Positions 10,176 through 21,741 of a stretch of DNA of 64,000 bases are shown one piece after another. The position numbers and the translations under genes were made by a program. Within the stretch, counting starts at the first letter, position 1, and each line of letters starts with the position of its first letter. The DNA lies in the NCBI GenBank assembly GCA_965248355.1, contig OZ252098.1, forward strand, positions 1,696,001 to 1,760,000. Reading direction: 5' to 3'. Source of the stretch: Candidatus Latescibacterota bacterium (GTDB lineage: Bacteria > Latescibacterota > UBA2968 > UBA8231). The notes under the pieces are model-generated. The model was not told the DNA's origin and did no database searches. It saw only the letters and a list, made by a program, of their open reading frames with translations.

Positions 10176-11236
10176 ACCTCCACGCGGCCTCCGCTCCGGG
10201 CCGCGGCATAGGCCGCCTCCACGAAGCGCATCGCCCGCAGGGCGTCGTCGCCGCTGGTGACGAAGTCGCCGCCCATGCGCGCCGCGGCGGCGAAGCGGCG
10301 GACGAACTCCCACCCCAGGCCGCCGCCGTACCCGGTCCCCTCCGGCGGCTCGAGGGTGACCACCTCGGGCCCCGGCCCCTCGCTGCGCGGACCTTCGCTG
10401 TGGATGTACAAGGTGTTCTGCCGGCCCACGAAGTCGAAGTGGGGCCAGACGATCTCGCCCAGATCGCCGCGCAGGGTGATGCCGATGTCCCCGTAGCGCT
10501 GGCGCAGCACGTAGCCGGCGTGCAGGCTGCCCAGGGCGCCCCCCTGGAGGGTGAAGGAGATGGCGGCCATGTCCTCCACGTCGATCTCGCGGTTGAAGGT
10601 GGCGGTGAAGCCGGAGACCGAGCCGAACTCCTGGCCCGTCAGGTAGCGGACGAGGTCGACGTGGTGGATGGCCAGCCAGTGCAGGATGCCGCCGCCGGCG
10701 ACGGCCTTGCGGAACAGCCAGTGCCCGGGGCCGCGCTGGCGGACCGAGCTGGTGACCAGGCGCGCCTCGATCGACTGGACCCGTCCGATGGCCTGCTCCT
10801 CCACCACGAGGCGGCGGATCCGGCGTGCCTCCGGCGTCAGGCGGTTGAGGAACCCGGGCGCCCAGATCGTCCCTCCCCGGGCGGCGGCCTCGTTGAGCCG
10901 CTCGATGTCGCCGCTGCCGCGTCCGGCCGGCTTCTCGACGAGGCACGGCAGACCCCCGGCCAGCAGCTTCGAGCCGAGGTCGGCGGCCTGGTCGTTGCGC
11001 ACCGACAGCAGGGTGGCGTCGGGCCGGCAGGATGGCTCGAGGAGGTCCTCCGGCGAGACGGCCTCGGCCTCCTCCGGGACCTCCGGGCGGGGGCCGGGCT
11101 CGTCGATGTCGCAGACCAGGAGCCGCTCTGCCTCGGGCAGGGTGTGGAGGGTCTCCAGCCAGCCTCTGCTGTGGGGCGCCGTCAGGCCCACGAGGGCCAG
11201 GGTCAGGGGCCGGCCCGCGGTCTCGGACTCAGACAT
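10172..11236 (-). CDS. Gfo/Idh/MocA family oxidoreductase
   Basis: LVEKP and GGGILHWLAIHHVD motifs. Confidence 0.85.
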   Translation of the reverse strand: MSESETAGRPLTLALVGLTAPHSRGWLETLHTLPEAERLLVCDIDEPGPRPEVPEEAEAVSPEDLLEPSCRPDATLLSVRNDQAADLGSKLLAGGLPCLVEKPAGRGSGDIERLNEAAARGGTIWAPGFLNRLTPEARRIRRLVVEEQAIGRVQSIEARLVTSSVRQRGPGHWLFRKAVAGGGILHWLAIHHVDLVRYLTGQEFGSVSGFTATFNREIDVEDMAAISFTLQGGALGSLHAGYVLRQRYGDIGITLRGDLGEIVWPHFDFVGRQNTLYIHSEGPRSEGPGPEVVTLEPPEGTGYGGGLGWEFVRRFAAAARMGGDFVTSGDDALRAMRFVEAAYAAARSGGRVEV

Positions 11237-12221
11237 GGGGCGCCTCGAAGGCGACGGGACGGCCTTCACGGGAGGAGCGGTAGATCGCCTCCAGGAGAGC
11301 CACCGTGCGCCGGCCCTCCCTGCCGTCGACACGCAGGGGGGTGTCCCTCTGCAGGCAGGAGACCACGTCCTCGACGATGTTGTGCAGTGGGTTGTCCACC
11401 GATGCCATCTTCTCCTCCAGGCCGGCGCCGAAGCACCGCGCCTCGCCGCTGAGCACCGCGTCGATGAGGACGCCGCCCTCGGTGCCGTGGACCTCGGCGC
11501 TGAAGTAGGCGCTCTCGGGAAAGGTCGTGGTGCCGACGATGCCGCCGCGGGCTCCGCCGGGATACCGCAGGATCGCCATGCCCACGTCCTCGGTCTCGAT
11601 CTCGTGATCGAGGACCGCCGCCTCGCCGTAGACCTGCTCGGGATCGCCCATGAACCACAGCAGGAGGTCGATCAGGTGCGAGCCCTGGTTGGCCAGGGAG
11701 CCGCCGCCGTCCATCCTCCAGGTGCCGCGCCAGCCGCCGCCCTGGGTGAAGTAGCCGTCGGAGCGGTACCACTTGAAGCGCACCTCCCCGAGCAGGGGCC
11801 GCCCGAGCCATCCCTCGCGGAGGGCCGTGGCGACGCGGAAGTTGGTGTCCACGTAGCGGCTCTGGTAGTCGACGGCCAGTTGCACGCCGGCGGCATCGGC
11901 GGCCGCGATCAGGCGGTCGCAGGCCTCGGTGGAGACGTCCATGGGCTTGGTGGTGACCACGTGCTTGCCGGCCTCGGCGCAACGCACCCCCAGCTCGCCG
12001 TGCAGGCCGCTCGGGGTCATGACCATGACCACGTCCACGTCGCCGCGCCCGAGGACGTCGTCGAGATCGGTCAGCGCGTCGCACGACAGCTCCTCGCCGA
12101 CCTCCCGCGCCAGCGCCTCGCGGAGGTCGCAGACGCAGCGCAGCTCGGCCCCCGCCGTTTCGTGGATCAGGCGGGCGCGGCTGCGCCCCATGCCGAGCCC
12201 GACGACGGCGAAGCCCGTCAT
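11229..12221 (-). CDS. Gfo/Idh/MocA family oxidoreductase
   Basis: VVGLGMG, GKHVVTTKP and DGGGSLANQGSHLID motifs. Confidence 0.88.
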   Translation of the reverse strand: MTGFAVVGLGMGRSRARLIHETAGAELRCVCDLREALAREVGEELSCDALTDLDDVLGRGDVDVVMVMTPSGLHGELGVRCAEAGKHVVTTKPMDVSTEACDRLIAAADAAGVQLAVDYQSRYVDTNFRVATALREGWLGRPLLGEVRFKWYRSDGYFTQGGGWRGTWRMDGGGSLANQGSHLIDLLLWFMGDPEQVYGEAAVLDHEIETEDVGMAILRYPGGARGGIVGTTTFPESAYFSAEVHGTEGGVLIDAVLSGEARCFGAGLEEKMASVDNPLHNIVEDVVSCLQRDTPLRVDGREGRRTVALLEAIYRSSREGRPVAFEAPHV

Positions 12222-13093
12222 CAGAGGATCCCCCCCTTGAGGAACTGGGCCACGTGGTCGCGTCCCCGGACCAGGCCTTCCTGCTGCAGCAGGGGCGTAT
12301 CCCAGAAGTGGTGGTCCTCCAGCTCGACGCTGAGCACGCCGTCGTAGCCGATCTCCTGCAGGCGGCGCACCACGACCTGCCAGTCCACCACCCCCTCGCC
12401 CGGGATCGTGTAACGCCACCAGCCCTCTCCGAAGCCGTAGGTGCGGGAGTAGCTCTCGCCGAGGATGCCGCTCTCGTAGAGCTTCTCGGGCAGGATCTCC
12501 GTGTCCTTCAGGTGCACGTGGTGGACCCGGTCGCCGAACTCGTGCAGCAGGCGAAGGTGGTCGATCTGGAGGCGGACGAAGTGGGAGGGGTCGTAGCAGA
12601 TGCCCAGATTGGGGGACGGAACGGCCTGGAAGAGGCGTCGCAGGCTCTCCGGGGTGCAGCCCAGGTTGCCGTACCAGGGAGCGCCTCCAGGCCACGGCTC
12701 GATGGCGATCTTCACCCCCACCTTCTCGGCGTGCTCCACGACGCGGGGATAGACCTTCTCGAAGATCTCGAAGGTCTCCGCCCGGCTCTGGGTCGGCTCC
12801 GCCGGTCCCAGCACCGTGAAGCAGGTCTTGCCGCCGTGCCGGGAGATGGCCGTGAGGTCCTTCTTCAGCGCGCTCAGGGCCTTTCGCCGCTGGGCCGCGT
12901 CGTTCGACAACAGCCCCCCGCCGCTGATGTCGCAGGTGCCGATGGCCAGCGAATGCTCTTTGCACGTCCTGGCTATCTTCGCGGTCAGAGGCGGCGTATC
13001 GATGGCGTCGAAGCCGTTCTCGGCGAGCCACTGACAAAACCCCTCGAAGCCGATGTCCCGGGCAAAGCCCGGCAGTCGAGTCCCGATCTTCAT
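12221..13093 (-). CDS. Sugar phosphate isomerase/epimerase (xylose isomerase-like TIM barrel)
   Basis: IAIEP, YDPSH, HVHLKD and SVELE metal-binding motifs. Confidence 0.88.
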   Translation of the reverse strand: MKIGTRLPGFARDIGFEGFCQWLAENGFDAIDTPPLTAKIARTCKEHSLAIGTCDISGGGLLSNDAAQRRKALSALKKDLTAISRHGGKTCFTVLGPAEPTQSRAETFEIFEKVYPRVVEHAEKVGVKIAIEPWPGGAPWYGNLGCTPESLRRLFQAVPSPNLGICYDPSHFVRLQIDHLRLLHEFGDRVHHVHLKDTEILPEKLYESGILGESYSRTYGFGEGWWRYTIPGEGVVDWQVVVRRLQEIGYDGVLSVELEDHHFWDTPLLQQEGLVRGRDHVAQFLKGGIL

Positions 13094-13263
13094 CCCTTGT
13101 CTCCTGGCGGCGGCAGGCAACGGTGAGCGACGGCGGGGAACCTGTCAAGCGGCCTCGCCGCTGGCCGGCACCACTCCTATCCTTAGCCCGCGAGCCCTCT
13201 GCGCTCTGCGAGCGCCGAGACCGACGCCACTCCTCCCCGAGAATCGAAAGGACCGGACCCCAG

Positions 13264-14034
13264 ATGAATCTAGTCACCAGCGGCGACCGGGAACGCCGCG
13301 TCTTCGTCGGCGACCTGTCGCGCAAGGAGTTCCGCCAGCGCCTGGAAGCCGGCACCCTGAAGGCGGCCATCGTGCCCACAGCCGCCACCGAGCAGCACAG
13401 CGAGCACCTGGAGATGATTCACGACACCCTCCACGCCACCTGGATGGCCGAGCAGGCCGCCCTGCGGCTCTACCCCCGCGCCGTGGTCACCTCGCCGGTC
13501 TGCGTGGGCGTCTCCGAGCACTGGATGGTCCACCGGGGCACCCTGACGGTGCGCCCCGAGATCTTCTGCGAGTACGTCTTCGACATCTGCCACTCCATGG
13601 TCCGCGCCGGCCTGCGCAACGTGCTGATTCTCAATGGTCACGGCGGCAACGTGAAACCCTTGATGCGCCGCCTCGACGAGTACCGGGACCGCCTGGGCGC
13701 GGAGGTGAACCTGAGGTTCCAATCCTACTGGGACGTGTACGACCCCAATCTTGTGAGCGAGACGATGGATCACGGCCGCCTGCCCGGGCACGCCGACGAG
13801 TTCGAGACCTCGACCATGCTCGCCCTGGCCCCGGAGCGGGTCCACGCCGGGGACATCGAGGACGAGGCGTCCCGGGCCGCAAGCCGCGAGAAGGGCGAGA
13901 GGCTGCTGGAGCCCGCCGTGGCCGGCGTGGCGCGCATCGTGGAGCGCATGATCGCCGGCGAGGAGGTGGACCGGCCGCCCGTGACCTTCCGCGCGGCCGG
14001 GCGCATCCACATGATCACCAACGAGCCGGTCTGA
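13264..14034 (+). CDS. Creatininase family amidohydrolase
   Basis: TEQHSEHL..D, NGHGGN and GHADEFETS motifs. Confidence 0.88.
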   Translation: MNLVTSGDRERRVFVGDLSRKEFRQRLEAGTLKAAIVPTAATEQHSEHLEMIHDTLHATWMAEQAALRLYPRAVVTSPVCVGVSEHWMVHRGTLTVRPEIFCEYVFDICHSMVRAGLRNVLILNGHGGNVKPLMRRLDEYRDRLGAEVNLRFQSYWDVYDPNLVSETMDHGRLPGHADEFETSTMLALAPERVHAGDIEDEASRAASREKGERLLEPAVAGVARIVERMIAGEEVDRPPVTFRAAGRIHMITNEPV

Positions 14035-14046
14035 CTTCCGGCGGCG

Positions 14047-15098
14047 TCAGGGCCGCAGCACCACCCCCAGGGCGCCCTCTGGCCGCTCGACCAGCTCGTC
14101 CACGGCGGCGCCGATCTGGTCGAGCCCGAAGCGGTGCGTGATCAGCGGCTCCACCCGCAGCCGGGCGTCGGCCACGGCCCGCAGGCACTCCGCCAGGTTG
14201 CGCCGCGTCGGCCATTCCACGAAGACCGGCGGGTAGGCGGCGCCGTGCTCGTAAGCCTCGTCGTGATAGCCGGGGCCTGTGCGCGCGGCGCTGCGCACGT
14301 CGACGTTGCCCAGGGCCGCGGCGAAACCGTGGCTGATGCGGGCGCCGCCGACGACGACGATCCGGCCCATGCGGTGCGTGTCCGGGGCCCGCTTCAGGGT
14401 GGCGGCGATCTGCTCGAAGGCGCCGGTGGCGTCGCCGCCGAAGGCGATGACGCCGAAGTCCATGCCGTACCCGCCCGTGAAGTCGGCCGCCAGGCCGACC
14501 GGGTCCTCCTCCTCCTCCTCCTCCTCGCCGGCGACGGCTTCGAGGCCCAGCTTCCGCGCCAGCCGTCGTCGCAGGTCGAAGCGGTCCACGCCCATCATGT
14601 GACAGCCTGACAGCCGTCCGAACTGGACCGTCAGCTGGCCCACCAGGCCCAGTCCCACCACCAGGCCGTTCTCGCCGAAGACCGGGGCCGCGCGCCGGAT
14701 GGCATGCAGGGCCGTGGCCGCCAGATGGGCGAAGGCGGCGGCCTCGAAGCTGACTCCCTGGGGAATGGGCACGGTGAGATGCACGGGCACGTGGCAGCGG
14801 TCGGCGTGGTGCGCGTAGCCTCCCCCCATGCAGGCGATCCGGTCTCCCGCACGATACCCCTCCACCCCTTCTCCCAGCCCGCGCACGACGCCGGCATTGG
14901 CGTACCCGAAGGGCCGGGCCGGCTGCTCCGGTCGCGGATGCCGCCGCATGTCCGGCACCCTGCCGAGCTCCGTGCCCGGGCTGATCAGGGAGGCCCGCAC
15001 CTCGACCTCGACCCGTCCCGCGGCCGGCGCGCCGAGTTCCTCCTCGATCAGCACGCCCTCGCCGCGACCATCGATACAGGCCACTCTGCGGCGGTGCA

Positions 15099-15099
<1 letters not shown>
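14047..15099 (-). CDS. MDR-family (zinc-binding-type) alcohol dehydrogenase
   Basis: SLISPGTE, PFGY, VVGLGLVG and LITHRF motifs. Confidence 0.82.
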
Positions 15100-15869
<770 letters not shown>

Positions 15870-15892
15870 GGCTTGTCCCTTTCGGAATGGCC

Positions 15893-16885
15893 TCAGCCGT
15901 GGGGCTCGAGGGCCCCCGGATCGACCGTGAAGAGCGCCGCCACGTAGAGGGCGCAAAGGACCAGCAGGACGACCCCCTTCCAGCGCTCGAAGCGATGCCC
16001 CAGCCGCATCAGGCCCAGCATGGTGAAGACGATGACGAGCATGGCGGGGAACATGAAGTGGATGATGTCCTCCTCGACGACGAGGTCGTGGACGGTCGCC
16101 GAGGCCCCGGCGATCCAGCAGATGTTGAGGATGTCGGCCCCGAGGATGTTGCCCACCGCCAGGCTCCCCTGCCGCTTGCGCGCCGCCGCCACGCAGGTGG
16201 CGACCTCGGGGATCGACGTCCCAAGGGCGACGACGAGGAGGGCGATGATGACGTCCGAGACGCCCATGGCGGCGGCCAGCACCGGCGCCGACAGGACGAT
16301 CCCCTCGCTGCTGACCAGCACCCCCCCCAGGCCGATCCCGAGCAGCAGCAGCAGGCGCGGCCAGGAGCGCGGGGGCTCGCTCAAGTCCAGCTCCTCGGTC
16401 ACCGGATGCCCGCGGCGCTCCCAGTAGGCGTATACCAGGTAGGCGAAGAACCCGAGGACGAGCAGGCCGCCCTCCCAGCGCACGAGGGCGCCGTCGGCGC
16501 ACATCCAGTAGGCTCCGAGATGGGCGGCGATCAGGAAGGTGGCGGCCGAGCGCAGGACGATACGGTCGATGGCCACCACGACGGGCGAGAACAGGGCCAC
16601 CATGGGCAGGGCCAGGCCGTCGTCGTAGATCACCGATCCCACGGCGTTGCCCAGGGCGATTTCCGCGCGGCCCTCGAGAGCCGCCCGCACCGAGACCGCC
16701 AGCTCCGGCGCCGTGGTGCCCAGGCTGACGACGGCGATGCCGATCAGGATCGGCGGCACGCTCATGCGCCGGGCCATGTCGGCGGCCCCGTCCACCATCC
16801 AGTCCGCGCATTTCACCAGGACGGCGAAGCAGCCCGCCATGAGGACCAGCGCGCCCCAGACACCCTGGGCTGTGAGCCACTCCAT
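15893..16885 (-). CDS. Calcium/sodium antiporter (YrbG/CaCA family)
   Basis: Alpha repeats GTTAPE...GNAVGS and GTSIPE...GNILGA; multiple transmembrane segments. Confidence 0.9.
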   Translation of the reverse strand: MEWLTAQGVWGALVLMAGCFAVLVKCADWMVDGAADMARRMSVPPILIGIAVVSLGTTAPELAVSVRAALEGRAEIALGNAVGSVIYDDGLALPMVALFSPVVVAIDRIVLRSAATFLIAAHLGAYWMCADGALVRWEGGLLVLGFFAYLVYAYWERRGHPVTEELDLSEPPRSWPRLLLLLGIGLGGVLVSSEGIVLSAPVLAAAMGVSDVIIALLVVALGTSIPEVATCVAAARKRQGSLAVGNILGADILNICWIAGASATVHDLVVEEDIIHFMFPAMLVIVFTMLGLMRLGHRFERWKGVVLLVLCALYVAALFTVDPGALEPHG

Positions 16886-16999
16886 TCGACCTCGCTTCCC
16901 GCGGGGCGACCCCGGGCACCTCCGGCCGCGGCGCCCGGGCCGCGATCCGGGCGCCGGGAGGATGCCTCCGAGGCAGGGGGATCGGGGGAAAAGGCGGTC

Positions 17000-17028
17000 A
17001 ACCTACCCCGCCCCCGAGAGGGTGTCAA
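17000..17028 (-). promoter_or_regulatory. Putative sigma70 promoter for the antiporter-SDR-MDR unit
   Basis: TTGACA-17bp-TAGGTT on the minus strand. Confidence 0.5.
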
Positions 17029-17037
17029 GAATCCGTA

Positions 17038-17081
17038 TTGGAATAATTATTATTGCAAATAGCATAATTATTCCATACCTT
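17038..17081 (+). promoter_or_regulatory. Tandem ARG boxes (ArgR operator) overlapping the argG promoter
   Basis: 18-mers TTGGAATAATTATTATTG and ATAGCATAATTATTCCAT separated by 3 bp; promoter TTGCAA-17bp-TACCTT. Confidence 0.75.
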
Positions 17082-17127
17082 CTCCCTCCCTTCATCTCTT
17101 GTCCAACAGCCCGGAGCAGCGGCGACC

Positions 17128-18366
17128 ATGAACTTCCAGGATCTGAGCGGAGGCCGTCTCCTGATGGCGGCCTCCGGCGGCCTCGACAGCTGTACGATCA
17201 CCCACTGGCTCACCCGCCACGGCGTCGAGGTGGTGGCCTACACGGCCGACCTCGGCCAGCCGGACGAGGAGGACATGGAGAACGTGCGCGGGCGCATGCT
17301 CGCCTGCGGCGCCCGGGAGATGATCCTGGCCGATCTGCGGCCGGAGATCGCCGACGCCGGGTTCCAGCTGCTTCGGTGCGGCGCCCGCTACGAGGGCGGC
17401 TACTGGAACACCACCGGCATCGCCCGCCACGTGGTCGTGGCCGGCATGGTCCCCGAGATGGAGCGCCGCGGCATCACGGTCCTCTCCCACGGCGCCACGG
17501 GCCGCGGCAACGACCAGGTCCGGTTCGAGCTGGCCGCGGAGATGCTCAACCCCGATATCCGCGTCTACGCCCCGTGGCGGGACACCGCCTTCCTCGAGGC
17601 CTTCGGCGGCCGCCGGGAGATGATCGAGTACTGCCGGGACCACGGCCTGCCGGTGAAGGCCACCCTCGACAAGCCCTACTCCACCGACGCCAACGTCCTC
17701 GGGCTGACCCACGAGGCCGGCGAGCTGGAGTCCCTGCACACGGCGGCGGCGCTCGTGGAGCCGGGCATGGGCGTCTTCCCCGCGGAGGCGCCGGACGAGG
17801 CGCGCGGCGTGGAGATCCGCTTCGAGGCCGGCCGGCCCGTCGCCCTCGACGGGACCGCCCTGGACGACTTCGACATGATGCGGGCGGCCAACGAGGTCGC
17901 GGGGGCCCACGGCGTCGGCATCGGTCTGCACGCGGTGGAGAACCGCTTCGTGGGCCTGAAGTCCCGGGGGATCTACGAGGCCCCCGGTCTCGAGCTCCTC
18001 GGGTGCTGCTACGAGTACCTCCTGCAGCTGGTCCTCGACCGGCGCAGCCGCCGCTGCTACTCCCAGGTCTGCGGCTGGATCGCCGAGCAGGTCTACCAGG
18101 GCTACTGGTTCGACACCGCCACCCAGGCCTGCCGCGCCTTCGTCGATCACCTCTCCGGGCTGGCCACCGGCACGATCCGCGTCACCCTCTACAAGGGGAC
18201 GGTGCAGTTCGCCTCGGCCGAGGACGTGCCCCACTCCCTCTACCGCGAGGAGACGGCCTCCATGGAGGCGGTGGGGGACTTCGACCATCGGGATTCCACG
18301 GGGTTCCTCGGCGTCCTCGGCGTGAGCGCCCGGATTCTGAACCAGGCGAACCAGATCGAGCGCTGA
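17128..18366 (+). CDS. argG: Argininosuccinate synthase
   Basis: SGGLDS, HGATGRGNDQVRF, YSTDAN and ENRFVGLKSRGIYEAP motifs. Confidence 0.95.
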   Translation: MNFQDLSGGRLLMAASGGLDSCTITHWLTRHGVEVVAYTADLGQPDEEDMENVRGRMLACGAREMILADLRPEIADAGFQLLRCGARYEGGYWNTTGIARHVVVAGMVPEMERRGITVLSHGATGRGNDQVRFELAAEMLNPDIRVYAPWRDTAFLEAFGGRREMIEYCRDHGLPVKATLDKPYSTDANVLGLTHEAGELESLHTAAALVEPGMGVFPAEAPDEARGVEIRFEAGRPVALDGTALDDFDMMRAANEVAGAHGVGIGLHAVENRFVGLKSRGIYEAPGLELLGCCYEYLLQLVLDRRSRRCYSQVCGWIAEQVYQGYWFDTATQACRAFVDHLSGLATGTIRVTLYKGTVQFASAEDVPHSLYREETASMEAVGDFDHRDSTGFLGVLGVSARILNQANQIER

Positions 18367-18372
18367 CGGTCC

Positions 18373-19188
18373 TCACACCGCTTCTGCCACCCAGACCTGC
18401 TCGCCGTGGCCGGGATAGGGCCGGCCGTCGAAGCCTCCCCACAGGGCGACCGGCTGGAAGCCGGCCGCCTCCAGCATCCACTCCATCTCGTAGCGGAAGG
18501 TGTAGCGCAGCAGCAGTTCCCCGCGCTCCGTGCCGGCGACCTCGCCGCCGCCATCGAGGGTCTCGAACCAGAGCTCCTGCCGCAGGAGCTGCTCCGCCAG
18601 GTCGTACTCCCGCCGGTAGCGGACCCGCACGGTCCTCCCCTGGCCGCCGGCGAACTCCGTGTCCACGGGGAGCTGGTCGACGGCGGTCTCCGGCGGGGGT
18701 CCGCGGAGGACGACGGCTTCCAGGTCGAGGGTGGGATCGAACTGGTTGAGGGCCAGGCGCCCCCCGGGTTCCAGCAGGTCGCGAAAGCCGCTGAGCGCGG
18801 CGAACTGGTCCTCCGGCGTGAGCAGGTGCTGGAAGGTGCGGTACGGCAGGCTGACGAGACCGAAGGGCCCGGGCAACTCCGGCGGGTCCCTCATGTCCCC
18901 GAGGCACAGGGTGACGCGGGAGGCGACCTCGGCCGGAAGGGCGGCGGACCGGGCGCGGGCGGCGGCCAGCATCTCGGGAGAGAGCTCGAGGCCCGTGGCC
19001 CGGAGGCCTGCGGCGGCCACGGGGAACAGGGTCCGGCCGGTGCCGCAGCCCGGCTCCAGGACGGGCCCCCCCGTTTCGACGGCCAGGTCGCGGTAGAACT
19101 CGACCTCGCCGGGCAGGCCGGTGTCGTAGCGGTCGTAGTGGCGGGCCAGGGGGCCGGAGTACCCGCTGGCGGAGGGGCCGCCGCTCAG
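18373..19188 (-). CDS. Class I SAM-dependent methyltransferase (start uncertain)
   Basis: [19 protein letters not shown] and GDMR motifs. No ATG/GTG before the domain; a CTG overlapping the mdh stop was used as start. Confidence 0.8.
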   Translation of the reverse strand: MSGGPSASGYSGPLARHYDRYDTGLPGEVEFYRDLAVETGGPVLEPGCGTGRTLFPVAAAGLRATGLELSPEMLAAARARSAALPAEVASRVTLCLGDMRDPPELPGPFGLVSLPYRTFQHLLTPEDQFAALSGFRDLLEPGGRLALNQFDPTLDLEAVVLRGPPPETAVDQLPVDTEFAGGQGRTVRVRYRREYDLAEQLLRQELWFETLDGGGEVAGTERGELLLRYTFRYEMEWMLEAAGFQPVALWGGFDGRPYPGHGEQVWVAEAV

Positions 19189-20171
19189 AGCAGGTCCTCG
19201 ACGACGGCGCGCTCCTCGAGCAGCTCGTCCTCCGTGGCCTTGATCCTGCCGCGGGCGAACTCGCTCAGCTCCAGACCCTCCACGACGTGGATCCCCCCCT
19301 GGCCGTCGGAGCGCACGGGGAAGGAGAAGACCAGGCCCTCGTCGATGCCGTAGCTGCGCGTGGAGGGAATCGCCGCCGAGAAGAACTCTCCCTCGGGGGT
19401 GGCCTGCAGGACGCTGCGTACGTGATCGAGGGCGGCGTTGGCCGCCGAGGCGGCGCTCGACAGGCCGCGGGCGGCGATCACCTCGGCGCCGCGCTGCTGC
19501 ACGGTCTGGATGAACTCGCCCTGCAGCCAGCCCACGTGGCCGATGACCTCGGTGCACGGGCGGCCGCGGACCTTCCCGTTCTCGGCATCCGGGTACTGGG
19601 TGGCGGAGTGGTTCCCCCAGATCGCCACGTTCGTCACCTCGGCCACCTTGACCCCCGCCTTGATCGCCAACTGAGCCTGGGCCCGGTTCTGGTCCAGGCG
19701 GGTCATGGCGTGGAAGCGCTCCCGGGGGATCCCGCCCCGCACGCCGTGATGCATGGCGATGAGGCAGTTCGTATTGGCCGGGTTGCCGACCACGAGGACG
19801 CGCACGTCGGCGGCCGCCCGGGCCAGGGCCTGGCCCTGACCGACGAAGATCGGGCCGTTCTCACGGATCAGGTCGCCGCGCTCCATGCCCTGGCCGCGCG
19901 GCTTGGAGCCGATCAGCAGGCCCCAGTTGACACCCTCGAAGGCCTCCCGCGCATCGTCGGTGATCCGGATCTCGTCGAGGAGCGGGAAGGCGCAGTCCTG
20001 CAGCTCCATGACGACGCCTTCGAGCGCCGGCAGGGCCGGGGTGATCTCGAGCAGATGCAGGGCCACGCGGGTGTCGTGGCCGAAGACCTCCCCCGAGGCG
20101 AGCCGGGGAAGGATGGCGTATCCGATCTGTCCGGCAGCGCCGGTGACGGCAACGCGTACGGTGCGTGGCAT
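19185..20171 (-). CDS. mdh: Malate dehydrogenase
   Basis: [24 protein letters not shown] and WGNHS motifs. Confidence 0.96.
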   Translation of the reverse strand: MPRTVRVAVTGAAGQIGYAILPRLASGEVFGHDTRVALHLLEITPALPALEGVVMELQDCAFPLLDEIRITDDAREAFEGVNWGLLIGSKPRGQGMERGDLIRENGPIFVGQGQALARAAADVRVLVVGNPANTNCLIAMHHGVRGGIPRERFHAMTRLDQNRAQAQLAIKAGVKVAEVTNVAIWGNHSATQYPDAENGKVRGRPCTEVIGHVGWLQGEFIQTVQQRGAEVIAARGLSSAASAANAALDHVRSVLQATPEGEFFSAAIPSTRSYGIDEGLVFSFPVRSDGQGGIHVVEGLELSEFARGRIKATEDELLEERAVVEDLL

Positions 20172-20363
20172 GCGGTGCGAACTCCTGTCGAGGGGCGGGC
20201 GCGGACCCGGTGGGCCGCTTGACCCGCGCCGGGTTCCGCCGGGAGGGGAGCACAAATCTGCCGACTCCCCTCTGCAGGCACAAGGAAGGGGCCGTCGCTA
20301 TCGGCTGCCCGGGCGCCTGCCTATACTGTGGCGAAACCTCGAACGAAAGGACAGGACCCGACC

Positions 20364-21515
20364 ATGGCCACCCCTTCCATCCTGCTGTGCGGCGGGCACG
20401 TGATCGACCCGAGGAACGGCGTCGACGGTCCGGCCGAGGTAGCCATCGCCGACGGTGTGATCCAGGCCGTGGGACCCGACCTCGGCCTGAAGGCCGACAA
20501 GAGGATCGACGTGAGCGGGCTCTACGTCACCCCGGGGCTGATCGACATCCACGTGCACGCGTACGGCGGCTACCAGGGCTGGATGTTCCCCGACCCCCAT
20601 TCCCTGCCGAACGGCGTGACCACCGTCGTCGACACGGGCGGGGCCGGTTGGCAGGACCTCGACGACTTCGTCACCACCATCATCGAGCCGGCCTGCACCC
20701 GGGTCCTGGCCTTCGTCAACATCGTCGGGGCCGGCATGACGGGCGGCCCGGAGCAGGATGTCCGCGAGATGGTTCCGGAAGCCTGCGCCGAGGCCGTGGG
20801 GCGCCATCCCCAACACTGCGTGGGAACCAAGTCCGCCCACTTCGGAGGGCCCGGGTGGGAGTCGGCCGGCGGCGCCATCGAGGCCGCCCGGCTGTCCGGG
20901 TCGATCGCCATGATCGACTTCGCTCCCAAGCCGACCCGAAGCTACCGGGAGCTGCTCGAACGCATGAGCCCGGGCGACATCCACACCCACCTCTACGCCG
21001 CCCACATACCCCTGCTCGACGAGGAGTCGAGGGTCAACGGCTACGTGAGGCAGGCCCGCGAGCGCGGCGTCCTCTTCGACACCGGACACGGCAACGGCAG
21101 CTTCTGGTTCCGCATCGCCGTGCCCGCCATGGAGCAGGGCTTCCCGCCCGACACGATCAGCACCGACCTGCACAAGGCCAGCCGGATGCTTCCGAACGCC
21201 ACCATGCCGGTCACCATGTCCAAGTTTCTCGCCCTCGGCATGCCGCTGGGGGAGATCGTCTACCGGTCGACGCAGAAGGCGGCCGAAGCGATCCTCCGGC
21301 CGGAGCTCGGCCACCTGACGCCGGGCTCCGAGGCGGACGTGGCCGTCCTCGCCCTTCACCGGGGCGCCTTCGGATTCGTCGACTCGGGGCGGGCCCGCAT
21401 GATGGGCGGCGAGAAGCTCGAATGCGAGCTCACCCTGCGCGCCGGCCGCGTCGTCTGGGACCTCAACGGCCGCAGCCGGCCCGGCTGGGAGGATCTCGGA
21501 GCAGGCCACCCGTAA
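20364..21515 (+). CDS. Amidohydrolase/deacetylase family metallohydrolase (dihydroorotase-like)
   Basis: PGLIDIHVH, GDIHTH and ISTDLH motifs. Confidence 0.85.
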   Translation: MATPSILLCGGHVIDPRNGVDGPAEVAIADGVIQAVGPDLGLKADKRIDVSGLYVTPGLIDIHVHAYGGYQGWMFPDPHSLPNGVTTVVDTGGAGWQDLDDFVTTIIEPACTRVLAFVNIVGAGMTGGPEQDVREMVPEACAEAVGRHPQHCVGTKSAHFGGPGWESAGGAIEAARLSGSIAMIDFAPKPTRSYRELLERMSPGDIHTHLYAAHIPLLDEESRVNGYVRQARERGVLFDTGHGNGSFWFRIAVPAMEQGFPPDTISTDLHKASRMLPNATMPVTMSKFLALGMPLGEIVYRSTQKAAEAILRPELGHLTPGSEADVAVLALHRGAFGFVDSGRARMMGGEKLECELTLRAGRVVWDLNGRSRPGWEDLGAGHP

Positions 21516-21601
21516 CGGAGAGCGCTCGCGATCGGGTTGACAGATCGGTGAGGTGACGCGAGGTTAGCGTGCTCGCCCGGCCCCGGGCGAACGGTTAATC
21601 G

Positions 21602-21687
21602 GGGGAGATACCCAAGCGGTCAACGGGGGCAGACTGTAAATCTGCTGGCGCACGCCTTCGCAGGTTCGAATCCTGCTCTCCCCACCA
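21602..21687 (+). tRNA. tRNA-Tyr(GTA)
   Basis: GGGGAGA acceptor stem, anticodon loop CTGTAAA, long variable arm, GGTTCGAATCC, CCA end. Confidence 0.97.
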
Positions 21688-21741
21688 CTCTTCCTGCTGC
21701 GCCCGCCGTCCTTCCCCGGCCTTTCTACAGGCCAGGGCCCC

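Noticed and set aside
21537..21570. Promoter for tRNA-Tyr
   Set aside because: TTGACA is present but there is no convincing -10 at 16-18 bp spacing.
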